Shown piece by piece: positions 52,234-64,000 of a stretch of 64,000 bases of DNA. The number at the start of each line of letters is the position of its first letter. The stretch's first letter is position 1. The notes below the pieces were generated by a model that was given only the letters and a program-made list of their open reading frames with translations, was not told the DNA's origin and ran no database searches. A program made the translations under genes and the position numbers. The stretch covers positions 56,963,708-57,027,707 of the forward strand of contig NC_068984.1 in the NCBI RefSeq assembly GCF_001194135.2. The letters are read 5' to 3'. Source of the stretch: Octopus bimaculoides (lineage: Eukaryota).

Positions 52234-53960
52234 AATCTCAGGAATTCTCAAAATTTGAGATGCCATTAAGGAAAAGAATAAGCTTATTGTTTGGAGATAT
52301 TAGGACAGTCATGGTTATGTGTTTCTGGTTCAAAAGCTGTGATCAGCATGACAACTTGTTCATCCATATCTCCAGTAACCAAAGGACATAAGCTTATATA
52401 AAAAGAAAACAAAAAAAAACCAGCAGGACACATTTATGTCCTAGGTAATTTTTGTTATATATTGTGTGCTTTTGTATTACTTATTAAATGATAAAAAGGA
52501 ATAAGTATTTTATTAATTTAATGCTTTAAATATAGTTTGTTACAAGTAATTAAAAAATATGAAACTACCCATTTATTACCCTCAGGTTTTCCACCAATTA
52601 CTCTCTAGCATATAAACCAACTTATTTTATTGGTTGCATAATCATAGGGATGAGGACAGCATCTTTTTAAACAATTAAGTATCTCATGAGAGATACTTAG
52701 AGATACTTATTACAAGACATAGTACAAAAATGTAGGTAGTTAGGTCTGTGAATTATTGTGAATGAAGGGATGTGGTTTTCTTTGGAGATGGTGTTAAGCT
52801 TTCTTTACATCATGTGAAATGGATAAATTTCCCTCTGGGTAATTTGCCAGTCTATCTCAAAGAACACTTACCAATAATCTTAACAGCTTGATGAATTGAA
52901 GTTATGTGGAATAAAGTGAAGTAAAAGACCAACATGGGTAACCAATGAAGGCAACCTCTGTATGATCACCAAGCCTACTAGAAACAACAGTCAAATCTCT
53001 TTCAGCTCACATCCTATCATGTTCAATAATGAAGGGACACATTAGATAATATAGTCCTACACTTTTCTAATAGAAGGATGGTCATGGTTGGAATGCCTTT
53101 TGTAATAGGTTTGCTCAATATCTAGTTTGACATACTTCTATATCACAACAATGATAGTGAGTTTGAACTCTTTACTCATAAGCAGTTAGTTCAGTCTTTT
53201 ATCCAATTAACCATCTTACTTCTAAAATGTTGAAATGCAGGTCAGGTTGATAAATAAACTCTGGCTTTGAAGTAAGCATTCAACTTTTCTATTTATAGTT
53301 GTAACCACATGGAACACATAACTGGAATATGTAGCATTATATTTACAAACCTTTTCTGTTCAATAGCTGAAACCTACCAGGAACAAAGGAGTTGTTGGAA
53401 ATTAATGATGCAGTTTATTATTTTGTTTTGTGTCTTTCATCCAAATTAGCTTCATAAATAACCAGAAGCAACCAAAGGGTTTTATATTTTTATGGTCTTC
53501 TTTTAAACCTAGGGTATAAAATGCTATGCATGCCTATGTGTAGTAGTAAACACATGTACACATACTACTTTGCTAGAAAACCAATGTCAGACACTATCAC
53601 CCATGATAAAAATGTTAATTTGTGTGTATTTTTATTATTCCATAACACACTAGTCTCTCCCCACCTCCCATACAGAATTTAATTTTGGTTAACAGTACTT
53701 CAAAGTTGATTATCACAAATGAGAAAATTTATTCACGCAGTTATCAATGAAAATATTACAAGATTAAACAAAATTAATCAATTTAAACTAGATGAAAGAA
53801 ACTAATTTGTTTGACCAAAGTTAGTTTAGAAAATAGTTGATAAAATTTTACTTAATGGCTTGAAACAAGAAGAAAATGTCTCTTTGGCCTCCAGTTGTTT
53901 TAAAATTGTATTTTTGATCAATTTTGCGAGGATTTAAAAAAAAATTTTCTTTTTGAACAG

Positions 53961-54162
53961 CCTCCACTGCATCTTCATGGAAATCAATAGAGATTGTGTT
54001 TCATAGTCTGTAAATATATACAGCTCAGTTTTTAGGAAGCCTCCTTGATAGCTCAATTGGAAACACTTATGCGCATAACAGAAGAAAATGTCTTTCATTG
54101 CTGCAAGAGATTGCCATAAATAACAGTTTATTTTTTTACAAACTTATTTAATAATGTAATAG
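53961..54162 (+). pseudogene. Candidate exon with one stop and one +1 frameshift
   Basis: Strong acceptor ttttctttttgaacag| and donor ATAG|gtaaga. Reads STASSWKSIEIVFHSL*IYTAQFLGSLLDSSIGNTYAHNRRKCLSLLQEIAINNSLFF/TNLFNNVI; TAA at 54011-13, extra T in the run 54131-37. Confidence 0.35.
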
Positions 54163-54457
54163 GTAAGAAAAACGGATATAGCTTAGTGGAATTTACTTTA
54201 TATTTTTTGTTGATTGACAGTAACCTGAGTCTAAGAATTTCCTTGGAAAGCCATGTTTTCCTTTGTTAGAGTTGTAAGCCCTGCTGTTTCTATCTATTTC
54301 TAACATGGATGGAGATCATTTATTGGTGGCTGTCTAAAAATATCAGCTTCAACATAATCACACTCAAAACTGTTAAGAACTGTTTTTATTTGATGAAAGT
54401 ATTAGAAAACAGGAAATATTAATATATCTATGCTACATCTTCAATGAATTATTTTAG

Positions 54458-54528
54458 AGCATCTATCAGTACAAAATCTACCCAAATTTCATCTCATGAA
54501 TGTGATATTGTGTTTTTGTGTTATAATT
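54458..54528 (+). CDS. Candidate exon (phase 1-0: eHLSVQNLPKFHLMNVILCFCVII)
   Basis: Acceptor attattttag| and donor ATT|gtgagc; in phase with 54162 across a 295-nt intron. Confidence 0.3.
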
Positions 54529-55258
54529 GTGAGCTTCAGCATTATCAATGTTTAGGAAATTAAATAATATTTTCTACAAAAGTGACATACTGAATTAATT
54601 TTACCTACTTCATAAAGATGAATAAGTTTATTCACTACAAACGAAGGTGATTATAATGATATTGAAGGGGAAGTAAAAAAGTGGTATAATTTAAGACATG
54701 AAAAGGAAGGAATTTTTCAGTTGCATTGATTTTATTGAATGGTCTCTCTATCTTTCCCTTTCTTGAAATGCATGCATATATTTGAGGAAATTCTTTGTTC
54801 AGTGGCAATGTTTTTTTAAAATGTTCTGTAAATCTATGCTGTTTTAATATGCTATCAGTGCCTGTTTCTATTAAACTACTCTTTAATGTAGTCGTTTATA
54901 CGATTACAAAATACTTCTTCTATTTTCACTTCTGTTGAAAAATCACAAAGTATGCAATGGAAATAGAATATAAATATATAAAACTTATCTCATGAATAAT
55001 TCAGTGTGCCATATAGAAAGCTGACACTTTATATTTGGTCTATAATAAGCATCTTCTACTGTTAGAAGAATGTAAAATTTCATTTTATCTAAGGTCAATT
55101 AGTATTCTGTAAAAGCTTTACCTCACAATGCTATCATTTAAATGTAACCAGTGGGAATCAAACTCAAAAGTATCTATTTGGTTTTTCTCTAGGAAAATAG
55201 TATATCAGGCTCTATAGAATTGGAGAGCTATTCATTGGGATGGAGGGTGAGGTGGGAA

Positions 55259-55305
<47 letters not shown>

Positions 55306-57410
55306 GGTAGAGAGAGAGAGAGAAAGATAGATGATAAAGAGGAGGACAATATGAGAACCAACAGCTGTCATAACAGTTTGTATTTTATAAGTAAATCAGT
55401 ATTTATTGCATTTCTTCATAAAATCTGCAATACTGATTTTTCCCTCACTAGGCACAAATCCAACTGCTTGTCAGGGAAAGGGATATAATTGGCTGAATTA
55501 ACTAAGTTTCCCAAGCTCTAAGATATTAAGGTTGAGTAAAAAAAAAATATAACAGGTATTTCAATGAACATGCAGAAATTAAAAACATCAAGATGTTAAA
55601 ACATATTGATTTAATGTCTACATAGTCAAGATGAACTGTTGTTTATTGCTTCTTTTTTTTTTCTTTTTGTCCAACCTGATCTTTAGAGATGAAAAACATT
55701 TTATTTACATCTGTTGAGTTAGGAAAGGCATCCAGCCATAGAAACAATATCAATAAATGTAACATAAGAGTGGGTTTTGCAAGCCCACCACAAGCTACCC
55801 ATCATGGGAAAAAGATATTCTGAATAAAAACTGATAGGAGCAGAAGGGATTCTTTCATTCTCCCAAATGAAAAAAATTTCTTTCTTGTTGGTGGCATCAA
55901 AAAACATACGCAGTACACTCAACAAAGTGGTTAGAGAAAGGAAGGGACATCTTGAAGTAGAAGCCATACCAAAAAAAAAAAAGGAAAATATTGAGGCATT
56001 GATTCTGAAAACTGCATTCAACTAGTCTGAGGGGCAGTAATTCTGAATAAAAACTGATGTAAGATAAAGGTGACTCTTACTGTTCTCCTGCATAGAACAC
56101 CCTCTCTACTGCCAGTGACGTGATAAAATATACCTAATCCATGCTATAAACATGAGATGATAAGGACCATGATGTCACTAGCACTATGTATGAACTAATG
56201 AAGGAGCTTTTACATGGTAGGTTGAGCTACTTGAAAGAGAAGTCAAATATTGTGCTTTCTGTAGAAGGGAGGACACATTAGATAACAACACCTTACGACC
56301 TCTGAAAGGGACGACATATTGGATAACAATGCTATTTAACACTGTTACTGAATAAAAGACAATATTCATAGCCAAAATGTCTTTTATCATTATTTGCTCA
56401 ATCATAGCTACCCATGGACTAAATACTGGTTTCACATTTTAGCACAAGCCAGCTATTTCAGGGAAGCAGGTAAGTTGATTACATCAACTCCAGTGTCCAA
56501 CTGGTATTTATTTTATCAACCCTGAAAGGCATGAAATGCAAAGTCAACCTCAGTGGAATTTGAACTCAAGAAAGTATAGAGATGGATGAAATGGCACTAA
56601 GTATTCTGCCTGGTGTACTAACGATTCTGCCAGCTTGCTGCCTTACTCTTGGACTAAATAGTAAGAACATGTCAGTGTAGTCCTATAATTTGTTGCATTC
56701 TGTAAATAATGTCTGTAAATTTTTCTTCAGATATTCTTTGTTGATCCCCAGCATTTTTTTATTTTAAAATTTATGCTGGGGTATGATAACATTGTCAGAA
56801 CTGTTAACTAGCTCAACAAACAGTCTAGGTTAATAGTAACTTCAGTAATAAAAACTAACGATAGGGGCAACAAACACTGTCTTTACATGGTTACTCAACC
56901 TGCTAGATATAGCTACCAAATATCCCTCAAATTGTATAGCCTAATGTTTGAAGTAAAAGAAAAAAAACATTAGGTAATGTAATCCTACATGCCACTAAAA
57001 TGATAAGAACATGGCTGGAATACTTGTTTGATGAGGGTTGACTTGACTTGGCTGGGCTAAGCAACAACAAAGAAAACTCTTAATGGTGGTACAACAGCAT
57101 GGCCACAACCCTGTGGCAGGAAAGAAAATTTATAAAACACCATAGTAATCTGCTGTAATAAATATTCTAGCCCCTAAGCTTTCTATCATCTACTCTTTCT
57201 TGTAACTGAGTATAAAATCATAAACACATGCAAAAAGACTCGTTCTTACAGTGCTTGGCAATGATAGACATTTTCTGACCATTAAAACAGCCATAATATT
57301 AATATAAAGCAGAAAGCTGTGTTATAAAAGAAATCTACTGTAAATTCTTTAGTAGAGACTGGTGAATCAATTTCTTTCAGGTATATACAATCTGGTCTTG
57401 AATATTAATT

Positions 57411-57447
<37 letters not shown>

Positions 57448-59390
57448 TCCCTCTCTCCACATGCGCGTGTACATATGTACACATGCATATACATATTTAT
57501 ACACAGACATATATGTACATACTTATATATATGCTCTCACCCCCTCTCTCTCATAATCATGCACACATACACACACTTATGCACATACATAAATACATGC
57601 ACACTTGTATTTGATTTCTCTCTTACACATACACATAAAAACACAAACACATACATATACTAATATGTTTTTATGTGCATGTGCGTTTGGATATTCAAAT
57701 GAGAGTGATTGAATAAAGTTATATACACACACCACAAAATAAACAAAATCTACTTCCCATGTATATTTGTTAGCCAGTTGAAAATCAATAGATGACTAGA
57801 TATAGGTGTTTCATATCTAATTTGGTATTTGAGCTATATCATGATAATAATTTTTGATTCTTATTGGCTATCAGTAAATACCACGAGTAAATTGTTAAAT
57901 TTGATTACAGAATGAAGTGACACCAACATAAACATTTCTGGTTAGAAGAGGTAAAACCAATGCCACAAGCATGTCATCATTCTTACGTATGCATATGGTA
58001 CACTCACAAAGCACATGTATACAAGCATCCCTTGTGTTATGTCTACTTCAGGCCAGGGGATTTCATGCTTACAGAAATTATGAACTATGACCATTAATTT
58101 TGGTATACAGCCTGTAATTTTGTGTTGCTTGTTCTCTTATTTTCTTGTGCTCTCCCTTTTTTATGATAAAGTCTGTAGGAACACAATCTTATTCAATATT
58201 ATGAAGATCAATAGGAAAATTAATTTCACATTACTGATTTTCACGTTACAACCAGTTTTCAGGAATGCATTACTTCCGTAAAGCAAGCGATTCCTGTACA
58301 TACACACCAACCAACCAACCAACCAACCACTTACCCAGCCAACTAATAACTTAATTTTGAAATTTTCTTTCAATGAGTTATTTGAATAAGCTTTTGTGAA
58401 AAGATCCCTTGTGTCTCTACTTTACATTTAATCACCCTTTATCCTGATATTTTAATATATAAAAGTGAATATAGACACAGACATAGATGTATCACTAAGA
58501 AGTTTGCTTTTGAACCATGTGATTTTGGGTTCAATCCCCACTGTATGCTGCCTTGGCACATGTTTTATACTATAGCTCTGAGCTGATCAATGCTTTATGG
58601 ATTTTATAGATGGAAACTGAAAGAAGCCTGTCACGTGTGTGTGTGTGTGTGCATGCGCGCACATGTCTATTTGTATGCATTTTTGTATGTCTGTGTATAT
58701 GTTTGTGATGATGCATCTAGAATCATTTAGTTCCAAAGTTCTGTGAAGTCATGTCCAATCATAGGGAAATATTAGCTTGCTTAGAAAAAAGTAAGGATTA
58801 GCAACAGGAAAGGCATCTAGCTATAGAAAATCTGCCTCAACGAATTCTATCTAACCCATACAGGCATGGAAACATGGGCATGAAAATGATGATGAAAGTG
58901 TGTGTATGTGTGTTTCAATTTGTAAGTCGCAGGTTTGCACCTAGGTAGCTGAAATATTGCATAGGAACATATCTATTTGTGGAGAAATGCAGAGGCCATG
59001 TAACATTTTCCAGTACTTCCTAAAAAATGAAGTCTCTTGTATGCAACAATTTTGAGTGAATTAACATTCCCAGACCAACTAAATTGTCAGTATCTTTTAA
59101 AACTAATTGATCTAGAATATAGTGAATTAACGTGATAATATGAGATATTTATAAACTTGGATATGGTCATAGGTATAGTGTTCAATAATCTTTGCTATTA
59201 CACATACATATGATATGCAAACACTCTCTTCTATCCTCCCCAAATCCTGTTCACATACTTCTCAATATGATTAATTCACAAGCTGCTTGAAATAGCAACC
59301 AAATCTCTCTCAAATGACAATATCATCTTCAGAAAAGAAGGATACATTAGATATCTACTTGATCTGCTAGAAATAACTACCAATTCTTCC

Positions 59391-59618
59391 TTAACCCTTT
59401 AGCACTCAGATTACACTGTCTGATGTAATGTTTATTCATCCACTTTGTTTTAAATTAATCATGCGTTATCTTGTAGCTTTGAGATTTTAATCGTGTGATT
59501 GCATAGTTTTATAATGATGTAATAGAGTTGAAATGGAGGACAGGCTATGGCTGGTTTGAACATAAACCTAATAGAATATTTAGGCTAGATATGTCCAGTT
59601 TAAATGCTACAAGGTTAA
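59391..59618 (+). mobile_element. TTAA-flanked MITE
   Basis: ttaa|ccctttagcact ... aatgctacaagg|ttaa; partial copies at about 60420-60618 and 41830-42033. Confidence 0.8.
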
Positions 59619-61726
59619 ATGGTTCTGCTATATTAAAGAAGGATGAACAGATTGGACAAGATACTTCCAAATAGACTTTCAATGAAAACAAATGAACTGG
59701 TCATGGCTGGAATGTTTTTGATCATCTCTCTGATGGATTAGGGATAAACTGGTACTAAACAATATAACTAGTAATTTATTTTTGAAATATTTTAAGCTCT
59801 GTCTGTAATTGTTCTACTTCATTATTCATTATGCTTCTAGTATTTCCAGTCACCTTTGGAGTGCTCCAGTATGACTTTAGCTATGATAGCTAGAATAAGA
59901 TTATGAAAGAAAGAATTATGCATTAGCATCACAGTCTCTTGGCTTTTTACTGTAGATGCAAAGTATTTATTTATTGATTATTCCATCTCTTCTTTCAGAT
60001 GTCACATAATTGCCAGCCGTGCTGATGTTATATTTCAACTCAACTTATTTATATAAATTAGTTGGTTGAGAAAGTTGGCACCTTTCACTTTCAATGTCTT
60101 TTCCATATTTTGGTAGAATAAGCTTTTTTTGTTTTTTACTTTATGAAGTCTGACTGTAATTAATGGGAATTTATAGGGAATTTAGATTTAGTAGTAATAC
60201 ATTACTAACACTTTAATACAACTGACTCCAAAGACAGTCTTCAATGATGTGAAAGTGATAGTAAATAATGAATTATCCATATAAACTTCATAAATGAAGT
60301 TTTTCAAGACATTGAAACAAAAGGCTACATTAAACACACTTTAGTGGTTGGATTTTAACATTTAACACTTTTAGCTTTCATTTTCCAGCATGGAAAACAG
60401 ATGTTAAATGATGATGATTCTGTCAAATGTAATACTTCTTTATTCACATTGTTTTGAATTAATCACACATTATCCTCATAGCTTAAAGATGTTGATAATG
60501 TGATTATTTTTATAATGCCAATGTAGGGTAGGTGTGAGAGTCTGGATCTGGTCAGTTTGAACATAAAACTAGTAAAATATTTGGGCCAGATATGGTTAGT
60601 TTAACTGCTAAAGGATTAAATATAATTTTTTACTAAAGTAAAAAGTCTTCCTTCTTCTTGGCCAAAATCTAAGCAGAGTGAAGACTAAAGACCATTGCTC
60701 ACCAAGCAACTGACCAGTAAAATAAATTATAAAATTATCTTTCAGTGAGTTAACGTATCATTTGAATAGGCCGTGTTTCTCAAGTCAAAATTGAAGACCA
60801 GCATACATCAACCATTGTTTTTATAAACTGCATAAAAGTAAATGGACCTCTGTCAGTTTTTTTTATGTTGAGTATTCAGTTGTTTGATCAACTGAACTAA
60901 CTGCTCATTGAATTAACATGTAAGTGGTTGAGTATTACACTGATGCGTACCCTTAAAATAATTTTCTGGCCTAGTCAATAGGACAGTTTATGATAAGGTT
61001 AGATCTCTAAATTACGGGTACAATCCATTCAAAAAAAAACTTCCACACAGTTTCTGTCATCCCAATTTCATTCACAAACAATGTAACTTCTAAATTTTTG
61101 TTGTGAGTATGTGCACTTCACAAATATTACAATGTCCATATCTTTTCTTTTTTGGGGTCAATTGTTGTTTAGCCCCTGTTCAGCCCTGATTGAACAGACT
61201 ATGACCAAAGAGATACCAACTGAAACAACTTGTCTTTTTAGAGTTATATCTTAAAAAACATTATCTAAATATGTTCTTTACTTGTTTATGACAGGATAGT
61301 GTGATTTGAATAAAATTTCATTGCTATTTCTTGGAATTTGATTGACCACATCATTGTCTCATGTGAAGTTAATTCATAATCACTGGTAGCTTATTAATGG
61401 CTACCAATCATTAAGACTTGTCGACCAATTAACTCAATTTGCCAGACATGTAATAAATGAAATATTGATGGTTTAATTGATTGATTTGATTGCTAAATAT
61501 AAAAACTTAACAAAATACCTTGCTAATCATTTATAACTATGAAACACCTTTATCTTTTCATCATAAAAAAACCCTGTGGAGTGGGTAGAGAGACTAATTT
61601 GCTTAAGGTTTGAATTGAAAGCTTCAGAAGTGAATTGCCACATAATTTTGTGAATTCATTAGAATTTCATAAGCTGTCTCTTTTTCACATTATTCTTAGT
61701 GCCAGCAATTCACACTAGCCTTACTA

Positions 61727-62584
61727 CAGGGTGTTTGGGCTAAATTCAACAGTTTGCATAATAGTAAAAGAAAAGCTATTTCATCCAAAAATAAAAGTAT
61801 TTTAAAAAGTCAAATATATCAACTAGATAATGGTTAGGGTTAGGGTTAGGAGAGAGCAATTTACTCAAAGCAGCTGCCCTCCGCTTCTATTGGGTGGGCA
61901 ACTAAGTTCTCGCCGTTTTTTTCAATTTAAATTTTTTAAAAGGTCTAATAAAAAATAACTAATTAATCAATAATGTATCTACCCTTGTTGTTTACAACTT
62001 CTTCCCAATGTTCAACAAGATTTTCAATACCTCGTCAGTAGAAATCACCTGATTTCAACTCGAAAAATTGATCCAACCAAGCTCTCAATTCTGCACCTGT
62101 ATTGAACGAAACTCTGCACATAGCATTTGAAAGCGATATGAGGGTGGGCGGGAACTTAGTTGCCAACCCAATACCATGGCCTTAAGATAGCTCCAGAACT
62201 TGGCTCATGTGTTCTTCACTGTGTCCCTTGGTCTTGGCTACGAGCTTGGCCTTGGTGGTGCAAACAGAGCAATTGGTGTCATTCTCAATCATACCCCATT
62301 CATAATATTCCATGGGATTATACAAAGGGAAATTAAGAAGCTAAAATTGAGGCTGGTGAAGTTGTAGAAGGCATGACAAGGAGCCGAATCCTGCTGCACT
62401 CATATGGTCTTCCAGTAGCAACCATTTTGAGATAGCTTTCAGTCCACCATGTCAGCTAACTTTTTTCAAGTACAGCTTTAATGTTTATGCTCTCCAATGT
62501 TGCTGACTGTTCACCAGTACATCAAGCTGCTCTAAAAAAAAAGAGGACAAGAAAAATATTATCAAATTTAGCCTGAACACACTG
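61727..62584 (-). mobile_element. Internally deleted Tc1/mariner-type element with both TIRs
   Basis: TA|cagggtgtttgggctaaatt ... aatttagcctgaacacactg|TA; the - strand reads NPMEYYEWGMIENDTN; paralog at 45028-45530. Confidence 0.8.
61890..62171 (-). mobile_element. 282-bp mariner deletion derivative nested in the preceding element
   Basis: TA|ttgggtgggcaactaagttc ... gaacttagttgccaacccaa|TA; the - strand reads FNTGAELRAWLDQFFELKSGDFY*RGIENLVEHWEEVVNNKGRYIID*, a mariner transposase C-terminus. Confidence 0.92.
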
Positions 62585-63335
62585 TATTTATAGGACTCCA
62601 GAGAGGGAAATTTTTCTAGATAAAATTTGAACTCAGAACACAAAGAACCAGAAGAGACAGTGTAAGGTATCTTGTCTGACACTTACAACTCCAATTTATT
62701 ACTTTGACTTTGAATTAACACTTTATTTATTGACTCTGAAAGGAAGAAATGCAAAGTTAATCTTGGTAATATTTGAACTCGGAGGATAGAGAACTGGCAT
62801 ATAGATACCACAAAGTATAATGACTCTGCAAATTTGCTGTATCCATCCATTCATATACACATGCACGTATGTGTGTGTATGTATGTGTGTGTGCATGAGC
62901 TGATGGAGAAGACTTTCTGTGTTTGCTTGATCTGTTAGAAACAGCAGCTAAATCTCCTTCATACTGAACTCTAATGTTATAAAAAATGACACATCGGATA
63001 AATTAATCTTAGAATACACTGCCTAAATAAAATATGGGATAGTCATGGCTGAAATTTTTTTAACCATAAGTTTGCTCTAGTAAAAAAGGCTGTTGCTAAA
63101 CCAGTAGTTTTCAAACTGACATACATCAGATCTATCTTCCCTATCCCTCATAAAGAAAATAAAGTGAAATCTTTGCTAGCCTTTTCATGAACAAAACAAT
63201 AGTATAGAGTTTGTATCCATAAAATTCCTTCTTCTTTGCTATGTAGTAGGATGACAAATTTGCCTTTCCAATGCTCACCATGTTGAGCAACATGCACACA
63301 CGCGTGTGTGAATATATATATAAATATATGCATAT

Positions 63336-63700
63336 CCTTTTATTTGTTTCAGTAATTTGACTGTGGTCATGCTGGAACACTGCCTTGAAGGGTTTTAGTC
63401 GAACAAATTGACTCCAGGATTTGTTTTTTAAGTGTAGTAGTTATTATATCAGTTTCTTTTGCTGAGATGTCAAGTTATGGGGATGTAAACACACCGACAC
63501 CAGTTGTCAAGCGGTGATGAGGGAACAAATAGAAAGACATACACACATATATGATGGACTTCTTTCAGTTTCTGTCTACCAAATCTACTCACAAAGCTTT
63601 GTTCGGCCCAAGGCTGTAGTAGAAGACATACAAGGTACTATACAATGGGATTGAACCCAGAACCATGTGGTTGGGAAGCAAGCTTCTTACCACACAGCCA
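63336..63700 (-). mobile_element. SINE family 1, diverged
   Basis: Colinear with 23360-23757. Confidence 0.8.
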
Positions 63701-64000
63701 CAAATACACACACACACATACATTTACATATGTAGGGGGAGAGAGAGAAAGAGACTTTAAACTGCTTTGATAATTAGAAAATATTTGATTGATTCATATA
63801 TTTATTCCAATTCACTTCACTAAAATGTAGAATAATTTCTCTGATATGTATTTCATTTCATTATGGTTGTTTCCATGTGAGGTCTTTTGTGTCTAAACTT
63901 TAATCAAGTAATTTAAATTTTTTAATTTCATGAGCCAACAGTTAAAGAGAAATTAAAAATTAGTGGTGGATGGGGTTGTTACCTGGTTGCCTCCAGCATT

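Noticed and set aside
52872-52886. 15-nt - strand microexon candidate (aag|CTGTTAAGATTATTG|gtaagt)
   Set aside because: Good donor but mediocre acceptor and no supported neighbouring exon.
21980-60112. Further + strand exon candidates (about 21982-22013, 24289-24327, 32499-32544, 43904-43988, 46024-46045, 59999-60112)
   Set aside because: A phase-consistent chain can be built, but donors are weak and the choice is post hoc; 43904-43988 also overlaps the longer - strand frame.
61832-61850. Interstitial telomere or fusion site (also 38038-38051)
   Set aside because: Only two to three units, both inside transposon derivatives.

Overview
AT-rich eukaryotic DNA (roughly one-third GC by eye), dense in microsatellites, with four N-gaps and no long intact ORF. 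The repeat families look like coleoid cephalopod (Octopus) sequence; this is recall, not a database search. Well supported: a full-length decayed pogo-type DNA transposon (26945-30074), Tc1/mariner relics including a mariner nested in a Tc1-like element (61727-62584), an RLE-type and a CR1/L2-type LINE 3' fragment, three tRNA-headed SINE families, a TTAA-flanked MITE family, a MITE with a 6-bp target duplication and several foldbacks. Less certain: small + strand exon candidates (57-150, 816-884, 8440-8577, 9060-9135, 13375-13447, 18394-18472, 53961-54162, 54458-54528) that splice in phase into an unidentified protein, three carrying a premature stop, plus larger interrupted exon-like blocks on the - strand (5646-5865, 16260-17748, 43850-44501). 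The best reading is two interleaved, degenerate, unidentified genes. AT-rich DNA produces such patterns by chance, so homology and RNA evidence are needed. Nothing supports a CRISPR array, rRNA, a true tRNA gene or a prokaryotic-type system. Most ORFs in the supplied track are microsatellite or repeat artefacts. Repeat boundaries are approximate unless TIR or TSD positions are given.
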